Shown: positions 1 to 10,162 of the stretch, piece after piece
Position numbering within the stretch: position 1 is the stretch's first letter
How the letters are laid out: each line of letters starts with the position of its first letter
From: Syntrophales bacterium
GTDB taxonomy: Bacteria; Desulfobacterota; Syntrophia; Syntrophales; UBA2210
Direction of reading: 5' to 3'
NCBI GenBank assembly: GCA_963666365.2
Contig: CAXXNF010000001.1
Location: forward strand, 224,001 to 288,000
DNA length: 64,000 nt
Program-made: the position numbers and the translations under genes
Notes under the pieces: generated by a model
What the model was told of the DNA's origin: nothing
The model's input: only the letters and a program-made list of their open reading frames with translations
Database searches by the model: none

Positions 1-342
1 TAATCTATACGTCTATCACCCGACATGTAAATATTTCCCTTGCTCTGGTTCTTTCCGCATTTCCTCTTGCGCAGGCTTCATTAATGATTCTGCTCATTGT
101 CATAGCCTATATTATGCAAGTGCCAAGCATGGCGTTTTATGCACAGCACTATGGCAAGAAATTTGTCGCCGCAGGACCTGGTTAGCCTGTTCAGTATGAT
201 GCGTGCAACTGTTTTGTTTTGCAGCGCCTTCTCACAAATGGGAATATCTGCCCAGGAAATACCTGGCCTATCATGGACTGCATCTTAGAAGTATTTGCTC
301 TTTGGCTTCTCGAACTCATGTATCCGATTGGAACAATGTACA

Positions 343-1119
343 CTATAAGACGTTACCCCTTAACCAGCCGGGACGGTTTGTGGTCAAGGAATCGACACCG
401 AGACTGCAGAAACGCTTTGCTTTCGCCACTGTGTTGACAGTCCACAGATGAAGCTCCTTACCGGCCCCATGGACTGCATCGACAAGAAAACGATCGATGG
501 CGGCGCAGGCCTTGCCGTCGACGCCGTCGGCGCCCGTCAGTTCCAGCAGTGTCAGCATATCGCCCACAGGGGGATTCCAGGTTTCTGTTGCGCGGTCTCG
601 TTTAAAATCAACGATCAAGAATGCTTTCAAAAGGGGAAGCATGCGCTTCGCTTTCATGACGATCCCGGTGTCGAAAGAAATAATCGCCATTTGTGTGGCG
701 GCAAGTCCTGAAGATTCAACAATCTTTTTGAGGGATGCCATGATTTCAGGTCCGCTTTTGAGTTCCATGAATATTTTTTTTCCCTCGGGAACCGTGGCAA
801 GCACCTCAGAGAGGGTCGGTATCCGTTCTCCTTTCCATTGGCAGCCTTTCCATAATCCAGCGTCCAGTCTCCGAAGCTCCCGAAGGCTCGTTGCAGCTAC
901 ACTCAGTCGTACGCCGCAGGTACGCCTGGTGGTGGCATCATGGATGCACACTATTTCTCCGTCTCCTGTCAGGCGGAAATCACCTTCAATGCCGTCGGCG
1001 CCTTCCTTCCAGGCACGATTGAAGGCTGAGATGGTGTTCTCCGGGGCACCATGGGAAGCGCCGCGATGGGCGATCAGTGCAGGCATGACCATTTGAGTCT
1101 GCAGGGGCACCCTATCCAC
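343..1119 (-). CDS. Glycerophosphodiester phosphodiesterase (GDPD/UgpQ family)
   Basis: Motifs IAHRGAS..APENTISAF, GADGIEGD, CIHD, ELKS, LWTVN and GVDSLTTNRP; the start could be a few codons downstream. Confidence 0.93.
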   Translation of the reverse strand: MDRVPLQTQMVMPALIAHRGASHGAPENTISAFNRAWKEGADGIEGDFRLTGDGEIVCIHDATTRRTCGVRLSVAATSLRELRRLDAGLWKGCQWKGERIPTLSEVLATVPEGKKIFMELKSGPEIMASLKKIVESSGLAATQMAIISFDTGIVMKAKRMLPLLKAFLIVDFKRDRATETWNPPVGDMLTLLELTGADGVDGKACAAIDRFLVDAVHGAGKELHLWTVNTVAKAKRFCSLGVDSLTTNRPGWLRGNVL

Positions 1120-1121
1120 CG

Positions 1122-1625
1122 TCAGTCTTTTCTCCGCTGTTGCATCTGTAGTCTTTGAACGGCAATGCCGGCAACGGTTATAAGCACAAAGATGAGTGCG
1201 CCGATCGCCTCTTCAAGGCCCAGGGCAACCACTATTGCCCCGGCACCAGCCAGTGATGAAAGCATGATAAGCGCCCAGTCCATAATGAGTGCCGCAACTA
1301 CCGCGCCGATTACTCCCCCTATAACGGGACCGACGACGCTGACGCTTCCTATATCGTAGAACCGGCACACTGAAAAAAGGAGATAGGCACCGGCATAGAA
1401 GCCCGCCAAGGCAAAACCCACACGCTGCGCAAGAATGGCGACCACAATGCCCGCCAGTCCGAGCCCGGCGCCGGCCAGGAACTGCACCCATAGCGGCTGA
1501 TCGGGCAGAAGAAAGGCGGTAAATTCCAGGCCGGCAAGAAACCCTGCAATGCCTACAAAACACCAGAAGAGCTCACGCCCCAAAGTAAGAAGAACGACCC
1601 CCAAAATTATAAGCAGAATGTGCAC
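1122..1625 (-). CDS. Small multi-pass membrane protein (DUF4203/TMEM198-like)
   Basis: About 6 Gly-rich hydrophobic segments (GRELFWCFVGIAGFLAG; IMLSSLAGAGAI); its stop lies 2 nt from the GDPD start. Confidence 0.7.
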   Translation of the reverse strand: MHILLIILGVVLLTLGRELFWCFVGIAGFLAGLEFTAFLLPDQPLWVQFLAGAGLGLAGIVVAILAQRVGFALAGFYAGAYLLFSVCRFYDIGSVSVVGPVIGGVIGAVVAALIMDWALIMLSSLAGAGAIVVALGLEEAIGALIFVLITVAGIAVQRLQMQQRRKD

Positions 1626-1656
1626 GCCTTGCCACCTAAGAGAAAAGTGTTCCCCT

Positions 1657-1851
1657 TCACTGTAATATTTCTTTTACGCGGCCCACCTGGCCGGATACAA
1701 GGCGGACCTTGATACCGTGGGGATGAAACGCCGACTTTGTCAGTATGTCCCGCACAATTCCCTCGGTCGTCCTCCCCGATCGTTGATCCTCTTTAAGAAC
1801 AATGGCTACAGCCATCCCCGGTTTTATTTCTTCACGCTTTGTTCCATTCAT
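1657..1851 (-). CDS. YwbE family protein (DUF2196)
   Basis: IKPGMAVAIVLKEDQRSG..TEGIVRDILTKSAFHPHGIKVRL..GQVGRVK signature; start moved to MNGTKR (1851). Confidence 0.9.
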   Translation of the reverse strand: MNGTKREEIKPGMAVAIVLKEDQRSGRTTEGIVRDILTKSAFHPHGIKVRLVSGQVGRVKEILQ

Positions 1852-2019
1852 GAAATTCGCACTTTTTAAACGCTTTTCAATATAGTGATCAGATATAATA
1901 CAATCCGAAGGAAGCATTTACCACCTCTTTCTCCTTTTAAACGCTGCTTTCTTACATAAAAATATCCCCCCTATGTCTAAAAAACATTTGTTGTAGTCTC
2001 TATCACTTTGGAGATGAAC

Positions 2020-2108
2020 GGGGACACTTCCCTATTTTTGTACGGCAACTTGCTTATTTTCATTTTTATATCATGCACTTACAGACAAAAAAATAGGGAA
2101 GTGTCCCC
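2020..2108. repeat. REP/BIME-like element with 20-bp terminal inverted repeats and an internal IHF-like site (copy 1)
   Basis: GGGGACACTTCCCTATTTTT...AAAAATAGGGAAGTGTCCCC; internal TATCATGCACTTA; related copy at 40153-40238. Confidence 0.8.
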
Positions 2109-2110
2109 TT

Positions 2111-3742
2111 TTATTTGCCGAAATGACAGAGGGGATAGACGCAGGTTTCGCAGTTGAGGCAAAAGCCGCCGTGCCCCAGGCGGGCAAGATCCTGCCGTGT
2201 GATGTCTAGTCCCGCCAGAATACGAGGGACAAGCACATCGAAACTGGTCGTCTTGAAGTAGAGCGCGGCGGCGGGGACGCCAATCAATTGTACGTTTCCT
2301 ATCCGGCCCGTCAGGGTCATGGCGCCAGGCAGAATCGGAGCACCGTAAACACTATCGACGGCGCCGGCATCGAGAAGTCCCAGACGGGTAACATCGTCAG
2401 GATCGACGGAAAGCCCTCCTGTCGTAACCAGAAGGTCGATTCCTTCACCGATCAGCTCGGCCACCCCTTCGGCAATGGCCTTTCGGTCGTCGGGAACGAT
2501 GCGGCTGTGAAAGGTTTCACAGCCCAGCTTCGTCAGTTTGGCCCGAATAAGCGGCTCAAAGCGGTCTTTCACAAGCCCCTTCGCCACTTCAGTTCCCGTC
2601 ACCAGTATGCCCACAACAGCCTTTCGAAGCGGCAGCACTTTAAACAGAGGAGCGCCGGCAAGCACCTGCATGGCCCTGTTAAAATTATTTTTCGATATAT
2701 ACAGTGGAATTGCCCGAGTTGCACCGATGCCGGAATCCGCCGACACGTACGTCCCGCTTCTGCGGCTTGCGCACATGACATCGGGAAGCAGGTTAAAAGA
2801 GGCAAGGCGTTCGACGTCTATGCTCAAGTAACCGTCTCTTTCTGCGTAAAAGGTTATTTTCCCTTCGCTCGGTGTCTCATTATGGCTTATCCCCTCCCCT
2901 GCCATGGCAGCGGCAAAGGCGCGGGCCGCGTCGTCTTCGTGAACCCAGTTTGCATCCGGCTCGCCCATTTCTTTGACATAGACACGTTCCCTCCCCATTG
3001 TGCGGAGCATGTCTATATCCTCGGACCTGACCACCTGATTATGCCTGAAGGCAGGGCCTTTTGCCTCGAAGGGAACAACCCGCGTCATATCGTGAAGACC
3101 GGTTTTCCCCAGAGCGTCCTCCACGGCAAGGGCTTTCAGCTCGGGGCCGGCCTCTCCCCCGGAGGGATCCTGCACCTGATAAGGGATTGCATCGCGGCAC
3201 CCCTTGCACAGGTCGCCGTCCCTGCCCGGGTAGGCCTCGCCACAGAGAGGACAGATGACGATTGTTTTGCCCTTGCTTCTTTTTTCCATAAATTTCGACT
3301 GTATTGCAACCCGCTGCGAGCCGAACATTTGATAGCCTGCATCTTTTATCTGATCGAGCAGCACCTCCAGATCCTGTTCTCTTTTCGGTTTGAGTTTCAG
3401 GAACCAGTTTTTGATTTCCGGCCAGTTGTCCAGTTTGGCCGCGTCGAGAAAGACTCGCACTCCGTTGCCCCCATATTTATCATAGAGGGTAACGGCATAG
3501 CGGCCGAGATCGACGATCTTCAACCAGCCGTTGCCGATGGTGCAGGGCGTGAGAAGCTGGACGGCATCGGGAAGGCAGCTGGGTGTTTCGCAGATCGCGT
3601 CACAGAGCGCCTCTTCCGGCATCTGGCTTCGCGCATATTGCACCATAAAACCACCGATGACTATGCCGGGAGCAACACTCCCGTGAAAGGATTTCGCCAG
3701 TTGGATATATTCTTCAAAGGAATAAATTCCTACATTCGCCAT
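2111..3742 (-). CDS. FmdE (FwdE)-domain / molybdopterin-binding (MoeA/MogA-like) fusion protein
   Basis: N-terminal FHGSVAPG..CETPSCLPDAVQLLTPCTIGNG, CPLCGE..CKGC zinc finger, C-terminal TTGGLSVDPDDVT and YGAPILPG, terminal CLNCETCVYPLCHFGK; overlaps the modC stop. Confidence 0.85.
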   Translation of the reverse strand: MANVGIYSFEEYIQLAKSFHGSVAPGIVIGGFMVQYARSQMPEEALCDAICETPSCLPDAVQLLTPCTIGNGWLKIVDLGRYAVTLYDKYGGNGVRVFLDAAKLDNWPEIKNWFLKLKPKREQDLEVLLDQIKDAGYQMFGSQRVAIQSKFMEKRSKGKTIVICPLCGEAYPGRDGDLCKGCRDAIPYQVQDPSGGEAGPELKALAVEDALGKTGLHDMTRVVPFEAKGPAFRHNQVVRSEDIDMLRTMGRERVYVKEMGEPDANWVHEDDAARAFAAAMAGEGISHNETPSEGKITFYAERDGYLSIDVERLASFNLLPDVMCASRRSGTYVSADSGIGATRAIPLYISKNNFNRAMQVLAGAPLFKVLPLRKAVVGILVTGTEVAKGLVKDRFEPLIRAKLTKLGCETFHSRIVPDDRKAIAEGVAELIGEGIDLLVTTGGLSVDPDDVTRLGLLDAGAVDSVYGAPILPGAMTLTGRIGNVQLIGVPAAALYFKTTSFDVLVPRILAGLDITRQDLARLGHGGFCLNCETCVYPLCHFGK

Positions 3743-4497
3743 TTCTCAACCTCCAGTGAATCGTAGAGGACCGATCGATCGAACTCGTGATAGCGGTTGA
3801 ATCCGTATTTATAATCGTCTTCGGACCTTTTCTTCGCATTTCGTTCTTTTAATATGAATTGAAGCATCCATTTTCTTACGATCTTTCCATTCAGAATGGG
3901 GAGCACGTCGTCGGCGAGAAACAGCGCTTCGTCGATATCGTGCGTTACATGTATGATGGGCACGGAAAGTTGATTTCTCAGCGTTTTCAGCTCGTCCCTC
4001 AAATTCCTTCTCGTATTGGCGTCAAGAGCCGAAAAAGGTTCGTCCAGCAGCAGCACACGGGGCTTTCGCGCCAGGGCCTGGCAGATGGCGCATCGCTGGC
4101 GCTCGCCGCCGGAGATCTCGTGCTGCTTGCGATCCTTGAGATGCCAGATATCGAAGAGTTTGAGAAGTCGTACCACTTCATCCTTCGACTCGGCGGCGAA
4201 GGCCACATTTTTAAACACATTGAGGTGAGGAAAAAGCGTGTAATCCTGAAAGACAAACCCTAAAGACCGTTCCTGCGGAGGGCGTACTATGCCTTTTTCC
4301 CCATCGAACCACACTTTGTCATTGTAGGAGATTATACCGCTGTCGGGTCGCGTCAATCCGGCGATCATCCGTATGATCGTCGTTTTACCCGCGCCTGAAG
4401 GACCGACCAGGGCCAGCACATTTTTCTCGTCGCAGGAAAAGGCGACGTCCAGTTCGAAGTGGGGAAGTTTTTTTGTGATTTTCACTCTAAGACCCAT
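3730..4497 (-). CDS. modC: Molybdate ABC transporter ATP-binding protein
   Basis: Walker A GPSGAGKTT, signature ISGGERQR, Walker B LLLDEPF; in an operon with modB and modA. Confidence 0.9.
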   Translation of the reverse strand: MGLRVKITKKLPHFELDVAFSCDEKNVLALVGPSGAGKTTIIRMIAGLTRPDSGIISYNDKVWFDGEKGIVRPPQERSLGFVFQDYTLFPHLNVFKNVAFAAESKDEVVRLLKLFDIWHLKDRKQHEISGGERQRCAICQALARKPRVLLLDEPFSALDANTRRNLRDELKTLRNQLSVPIIHVTHDIDEALFLADDVLPILNGKIVRKWMLQFILKERNAKKRSEDDYKYGFNRYHEFDRSVLYDSLEVEKWRM

Positions 4498-5152
4498 AGA
4501 TCTTACTCCTGGTGAGTCGATTAATAATTAAAAGAAAAAAATAACTGATCGGCACCAGTATCAGGCACATAATGCCCGCCTCCCGATAATTGAGCGCTTC
4601 CACCGCCTCGTATATGGCGATGGACGCTACCCTGGTCTCGCCGGGAATGCTGCCGCCGATCATGAGAATGACGCCGAATTCCCCCATGGTATGGACGAAA
4701 ACAAGTATGGCCGATGCGGCAACGCCCCCCAGCGCGTTCGGCACAATAACCTTGAAGAAGGTTGCCAGCGGGGAAAGGCCGAGCACATAGGCCGATTCAA
4801 GAAGCCGCCGATCGATCTTTTCAAAGGCCGTCTTCATCGGTTGTATGGCGAAGGGAAAACTGTAGACGATCGAGGCAATGACAATCCCCGTAAAGGTGAA
4901 TACGAGCGGCGACGACGTGACTGTTTCCCATATCCGTCCCAGGGCGCCCTTCGGTCCCATGACGACAAGGAGATAAAAACCCAGCACGGTCGGCGGCAGC
5001 ACCATGGGAAGATTGAGCAGGGCCTCAAGAAAGGACTTTCCGCGAAAGCGGAAATAGACCAGCAGATAGGCCAGGGGCGCCGATAGGATTATCAATATGA
5101 CTGTCGAAAAGATCGCCAGCTTTATCGAAAGATAAAGGGGAACAAGATCCAT
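4487..5152 (-). CDS. modB: Molybdate ABC transporter permease
   Basis: LPMVLPPTVLGFYLL and HTMGEFGVILMIGGSIPGETRVASIAIY motifs. Confidence 0.95.
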   Translation of the reverse strand: MDLVPLYLSIKLAIFSTVILIILSAPLAYLLVYFRFRGKSFLEALLNLPMVLPPTVLGFYLLVVMGPKGALGRIWETVTSSPLVFTFTGIVIASIVYSFPFAIQPMKTAFEKIDRRLLESAYVLGLSPLATFFKVIVPNALGGVAASAILVFVHTMGEFGVILMIGGSIPGETRVASIAIYEAVEALNYREAGIMCLILVPISYFFLLIINRLTRSKIYGS

Positions 5153-5926
5153 TTATTTATACCCGTAACGCTCCTTCACCTTAACGGCCGCGGGAGAGAG
5201 CAGAAATGCGGCATACTGCTCCGCCGCCTTCCGGTTGGCGGTATTCGAAAGTACGCAGGCGGCCTGCATGATGGGCGGCGCCTGCGGGATCCTGTAGACG
5301 CAGCCCTTTCTGCCGTCATCGGACAGCGCCGAAGAATAGGCGCAGAACCCCAGATCGGCAGACTCCGTGACCGCATACTGGAAGGCCTGGGCAACCGTCT
5401 GGGGAAAGACAAACTTCCCCTCAAGGGCATCCCAGAGCCCCTCTTCTTTGAGCGCGTTCATGGCAACCGTTCCATAGGGGGCGGTCACTGTATTGGCGAT
5501 GGCAATTTTATGAATTTCTTTTCGCTGGATCACCTCCCGCCAGTCGGCAGTACCGCAGAACTCTTTTTTCGCCGTCCAGAGGACAACCTGCCCCTGAGCA
5601 TAGACAAAGGGTTTATCCGACAGCCCCTTTTCGAAAAGGAGACCGGGGCGTTTCTCGTCCGCGGCGAGGAAAATATCGTAGGGCGCCCCTTTTACGATCT
5701 GGCTGTAGAGCTTTCCTGTGGAAGTGTAGGTTGCCTCGGCTACTATGCCGGTTTTCTCCCGAAACATTTTCACAAGCTCCTGGGAGGGCAGAATAAAATT
5801 GGCCGCCACGGCCACAATGAGCTTGTCCCCCGCCCAGGCCGAAGAAAAAGATGCGAAAAAGACTGTTGCTATGACGGTTATGGCTGTAAATATATTTTTC
5901 AGACCTCTATTCCACGTAAGTTTCAT
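5153..5926 (-). CDS. modA: Molybdate ABC transporter substrate-binding protein
   Basis: Signal peptide, VAVAANF, STGKLYSQI..GAPYDIFLAAD, IAIAN..TAPYG. Confidence 0.93.
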   Translation of the reverse strand: MKLTWNRGLKNIFTAITVIATVFFASFSSAWAGDKLIVAVAANFILPSQELVKMFREKTGIVAEATYTSTGKLYSQIVKGAPYDIFLAADEKRPGLLFEKGLSDKPFVYAQGQVVLWTAKKEFCGTADWREVIQRKEIHKIAIANTVTAPYGTVAMNALKEEGLWDALEGKFVFPQTVAQAFQYAVTESADLGFCAYSSALSDDGRKGCVYRIPQAPPIMQAACVLSNTANRKAAEQYAAFLLSPAAVKVKERYGYK

Positions 5927-6159
5927 CTCTGTATCCCTTTGTAAGTAGCAGCCGATTTACGGCTTCGAGTCTTGATATGCTACAATTAACATATAATGTG
6001 CATACCGTAAAATGATGGACCTGTCAAAGAAAATATGTTTATTTTAGCATAGATAACGGTGATACACCCTGTCTTGCACCGGGTTACTCGCCCAGCGCCT
6101 GTGACGTCTCATCGAGCTGCGGGGCTGAATTCGTTGCCTAGGACCGTGGTGACACCACG

Positions 6160-6190
6160 AAAGCGGGCGCCTCGGGGGCGCCCGCTTTTT
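6160..6190. terminator. GC-rich hairpin, probable intrinsic terminator after the formate dehydrogenase gene
   Basis: AAAGCGGGCGCC-tcggg-GGCGCCCGCTTT immediately downstream of the stop at 6195. Confidence 0.75.
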
Positions 6191-6194
6191 CGTT

Positions 6195-8888
6195 CTAGAG
6201 CTTTTCCACAGATACGGCGCAGGCCTTGTACTCGGCGGTCAGTGTTGCCGGATCGAACACAGGATTGGTCAACCAGTTTGCACAGGCGTCCCGGAAATGA
6301 AAGGCCATCCACACCATGCCGGGCGGCACCTGCTCCGTTACGTTCGCCTTGACTTTCACATCGCCGCGTCTCGATCTGACCCGGATTATCTCGTCATGGA
6401 CGATGCCGAGCCGTTCGGCATCGGCAGGCGATATATCGGCGGTTTCCTCGGGCAGGAGAAAGTCCATATCGGCGCGGCCGGTCTGCGTCCTGGTGTGATA
6501 CTGATAGAGACGTCTCCCCGTACTGAGTACGAAGGGATAATCCTCGTCGGCCACTTCAGCCGGCGGCGTCCAATCCACCGCATTGAACAGGCCGAGTCCA
6601 CAGGTAAATTTACCCTCTTTGTGAAGGAAGCTGGTGCCCGGATGATTTTCGTCCGGGCAGGGCCACTGCAGACCGTCCTGCTCTATTCTCCGATACTTGA
6701 TTCCGCAAAGGGCGGGCGCCAACACAGAGATTTCGTTGTCCCATATTTCCTGAGAACTTTCGGACTTCCACTCGTGACCCATCCTTCGGGCCAACTCCCT
6801 GAAGATCCACCAGTTCGGACGGGCAATGCCCGGTGGTTCGCTTACCTTGCGCACACGGCTGACGCGGCGCTCACTGTTTGTGAACGTACCGTCATCTTCG
6901 CACCAGGCGGCGGCCGGGAACACAACATCGGCAAAACGGGTCGTTTCCGTGGGGAAAATATCCTGACAGACGACAAACTCGGCCGCCGCAAGTTCTTCTT
7001 CCACCTTTGCGATATCGGGTTCACTGTTGGCCAGATTCTCGCCGAAGATATAAAATGCCTTTACGGCCCCGCTTTTCAGGCCTTCCATCATCTGGGGAAT
7101 CATAAGGCCGTTTGTGTCGGGCAGATCCGTGACGCCCCAGGCCTTCTCGAACTTGGCGCGGGATTCAGGATCGATCACTGCCTGATATCCGGGAAACACA
7201 TTGGGAAGTGCGCCCATATCACAGGCACCCTGCACATTGTTCTGGCCTCGCAGCGGATTGACGCCGCCGCACTCTTTCCCCATATTCCCCAGAAGCATCT
7301 GGAGGTTCGCCGTGGACATGACGTTGTTCTTTCCGCAGGTATGCTCGGTAATGCCCAGCGTGTAGCAGAGCATGCAGGAATCGGCGGCTGCCAGCCTGTG
7401 TGCCACATCCCGAATCATATCTTCTGAAATGCCGGTGATTTCCGCCGCTCTCTCCAGAGGATATTCCAGGATCTTCACTTTCAACTCATCAAAACCGATA
7501 CAGCATGAAGAGACAAATTCCTTGTCATAAAGATTTTCTGTTATAAGCACATGCATAACGCCGTTCAGAAAGGCGATATCGGATCCCACGTTAATGGGCA
7601 CATGGAGCGAGGCAAATTCGACCAGGGGTTGTTTCCTTGGATCGACCACGATCAGTTCTGCACCGTTCGTCACGGCGTTTTTAAGGAACGTGGCCGCAAC
7701 CGGATGGGCCTCGATCATATTGGTGCCGATGCAGAGGAACATCTTTGCCCTGCTGAATTCTTCGAAGGAATTGGTCATCGCGCCCGAACCGAAAGATGCC
7801 GCCAGACCGGCGACAGTGGGGGCGTGTCAGGTACGGGCACAGTGATCGATGTTGTTCGTCCCGATCACCGATCGAAAGAGTTTCTGCATCTGGTAGGAAT
7901 CTTCGTTGATGCTTCGGGCGCAGCTCACACCGGCAATGGCGTCAGGCCCGTATATTTCTTTTATCTCAGTGAACTTATCGGCAACAAGACCGAGGGCCTC
8001 ATCCCAGGAGGCCTCACGGAATTTACCATGCTCCTTGATGAGCGGGGTGGTAAGTCGGTCTTCGGAATAGATGAAATCGTAGGCAAAGCGGCCTTTCACA
8101 CAGAGACGTCCCTTGTTCGGCGCGCCGTCCTCGACGCCGGTCACTTTGGCAATGCGTCCCTCCCTGTTCATGTGCAACCAGAGCTGGCAGCCTACACCGC
8201 AATAGGGACAGGTGGTGCGCACCTTTGTAAGTTCCCAGGGGCGTCCCCTGTACCTCGATTTCTTTTCAATGAGGGCCCCCACGGGACAGACTTGGACACA
8301 GTGGCCGCAGAACACGCAGTCGCTCTCGAAATAGGGCTGGTCGGTTCCTGCAACGATCTTGGAGTCGGAACCCCGGTAGCCGTAACTGATCGCCCGGTTC
8401 ACCACTACTTCATTGCAGGCCTGGACGCAACGGCCGCAGAGAATACAGCGGGAGAAATCGCGAATGATAAAGGGATTGTCTTCTTCTTTCGGAAATGGTT
8501 GGGGAGTGAGGGGAAAATGAACTTGTGTGATTCCGTACTTGTATGCCAGATCCTGGAGACGGCAGTCGCCGTTTGCCTCGCAGGTAAGGCAGTCATGGGT
8601 GCCGCTGGCAAGAAGAAGTTCCACATTCAATTTTCTTGCCCGGTTAACCCGTTCCGAGTCGGTCCATATTTCCATCCCCTCAGAGGCCGGAGTGCTGCAG
8701 GCTGCGACAAGCGACCGCGCCCCCGCCACTTCAACCATACACATGCGGCACGCACCCGTCGGGGTTGTGCCCTTTAAATAACAGAGCGTCGGTATCTCAA
8801 TCCCCGACTCTGTTGCGACGTCGAGAATCGACTGACCGGGCTCAAATTCAACACGTCTCCCGTTCAATTGCAACGTTGCTTTCGCCAT
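6195..8888 (-). CDS. fdhF: Selenocysteine-containing formate dehydrogenase alpha subunit (NuoG-like Fe-S N-terminus, Mo/W-bisPGD), about 897 aa
   Basis: ORFs 7827-8888 and 6195-7778 are in frame and joined through TGA at 7827-7829: [29 protein letters not shown]. Also 2Fe-2S, HDCLTC, two CxxCxxCxxxC, CPYCGVGC and LRGQNNVQG motifs; no Tat signal. Confidence 0.95.
7797..7815 (-). promoter_or_regulatory. Bacterial SECIS element of fdhF
   Basis: Hairpin UGUCGCC-GGUCU-GGCGGCA starting 11 nt after the UGA, with a GGUCU apex like the E. coli fdhF SECIS. Confidence 0.85.
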
Positions 8889-9187
8889 GGTTTCACCTCA
8901 ATGTGGAAGTTATCGGTCTCACTGAACCTCGAAACAGAATCGTTTAGAATTCTCCAAGGATAGTGAACAATGACACAGCATACGCGGAGGGATTGCCTCA
9001 CGTGCTCGCCCTCTCATCTCTCCATGCACCCTATGTCGTTGCAGACATATGTCATTAATGTCACGTTGTCAAGCTTTTATAAGAGAAGTTTTTGCGAGAC
9101 CGTCATGTTTTGTCCTTGAAAAAAGGAAGTAACATCTGTTTAATGATTCCCCTGAAAAATAATGCAGGAAAGACAGGTAACTGATGT

Positions 9188-10156
9188 ATGGATTTTCGTG
9201 TCGTGCTGAATGGGTTGGGGCATGCCTTTCTCAGGGAATTCGGATGCCTCTGTGCGCGCTGCCACAGGAGTGAGCATGCGGCAAATACCTCCGCATCAAT
9301 TGTCGGCAGAGACAGTGAAACCGGCATGGCGGCATGGCACTGCCTTGTCGATGCAGGACTTGGAGTAAACGACAGCCTCTGCAACTATTTCACGCCGGCC
9401 GATGCACGGCTCGACTGGCTTCTTTTTTCTCATTGGCATCCCGATCACACACTCGAACTGAACAGGCTCGGCGAAACGGCCCGGCGCAGGGCACGCAATC
9501 GGGGAGTAAAATTCGTGCGAATCCCCACGTGGTGCCGTACCGGAACGGCCCGATGGATTCAGAAAAATCACTCCTACGAGTGGTATCGGCATCTTCGTCC
9601 CCATACCAGCGAAGAGGTCTCAGCCCCGGGCGCCCTGTTGGAACCTGTTCCTACGGGAATAGACGGACTGACCATTACACCGGTGACCGTATCCCATTAC
9701 ACCGCCGACATCGATCCGGCTTCTTTCAAAGACAAGCTCTACTCAAGCGCCGTTTTCGTCATTGAAACAGACTCGAAAAAAGCGGTGCTTCTTTGGGATC
9801 TTGACAACAGGAACAACTGGATTTTACATCCCGAAACCGAAGAGCACAGACAGGCACAAAAATTGGTATCGGAGGCCGACTATCTTTTCGTCGACTCTTT
9901 CACCTGGTCGATTGAGGAAGTAAACGGATTCAACACGGGACACCTGTCGTTTGCAACGATCAAAAAATATGCCGCCCTTCTGCGTCCCCGCCAGACGCTT
10001 CTCGTTCATATGAGCGGCCATGAAGACGGTGAAGGAAACTGCGGCTACGGCTGGTCCGACGACAAGTGGGAGAGAGAAGCGCAAAAGGCCTGGAAGAGTG
10101 CCGGCCTGGCGGGCGCCGTCCGGGTTCCCACGATTGGAGAGGAATTTCCTCTGTAA
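9188..10156 (+). CDS. Metallo-beta-lactamase-fold hydrolase (PhnP-like)
   Basis: LVDAG, SHWHPDH (HxHxDH), N-terminal GCLCARC, GHLS, LVHMSGH. Confidence 0.8.
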   Translation: MDFRVVLNGLGHAFLREFGCLCARCHRSEHAANTSASIVGRDSETGMAAWHCLVDAGLGVNDSLCNYFTPADARLDWLLFSHWHPDHTLELNRLGETARRRARNRGVKFVRIPTWCRTGTARWIQKNHSYEWYRHLRPHTSEEVSAPGALLEPVPTGIDGLTITPVTVSHYTADIDPASFKDKLYSSAVFVIETDSKKAVLLWDLDNRNNWILHPETEEHRQAQKLVSEADYLFVDSFTWSIEEVNGFNTGHLSFATIKKYAALLRPRQTLLVHMSGHEDGEGNCGYGWSDDKWEREAQKAWKSAGLAGAVRVPTIGEEFPL

Positions 10157-10162
10157 AAGATT

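Noticed and set aside
1..26. Possible start of a minus-strand gene (MSGDRRID) after AAGGGA
   Set aside because: Only 8 codons are visible, so it cannot be supported.
2288..3766. 492-aa plus-strand ORF, and similar long shadow ORFs at 6297-7427, 7551-8777, 31884-33215, 41516-42709, 46159-47730, 52325-53608 and 59141-60646
   Set aside because: They are antisense to well-supported genes and have no motifs; such ORFs are expected from codon bias in GC-rich DNA.
5927..6160. Moco/tungsten riboswitch or sigma54 promoter upstream of modA
   Set aside because: No recognisable Moco RNA motif and no GG-N10-GC match with a convincing consensus.
8960..8980. Rex operator upstream of fdhF (TAGTGAACAATGACACA)
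   Set aside because: Too many mismatches to TTGTGAA-N4-TTCACAA.
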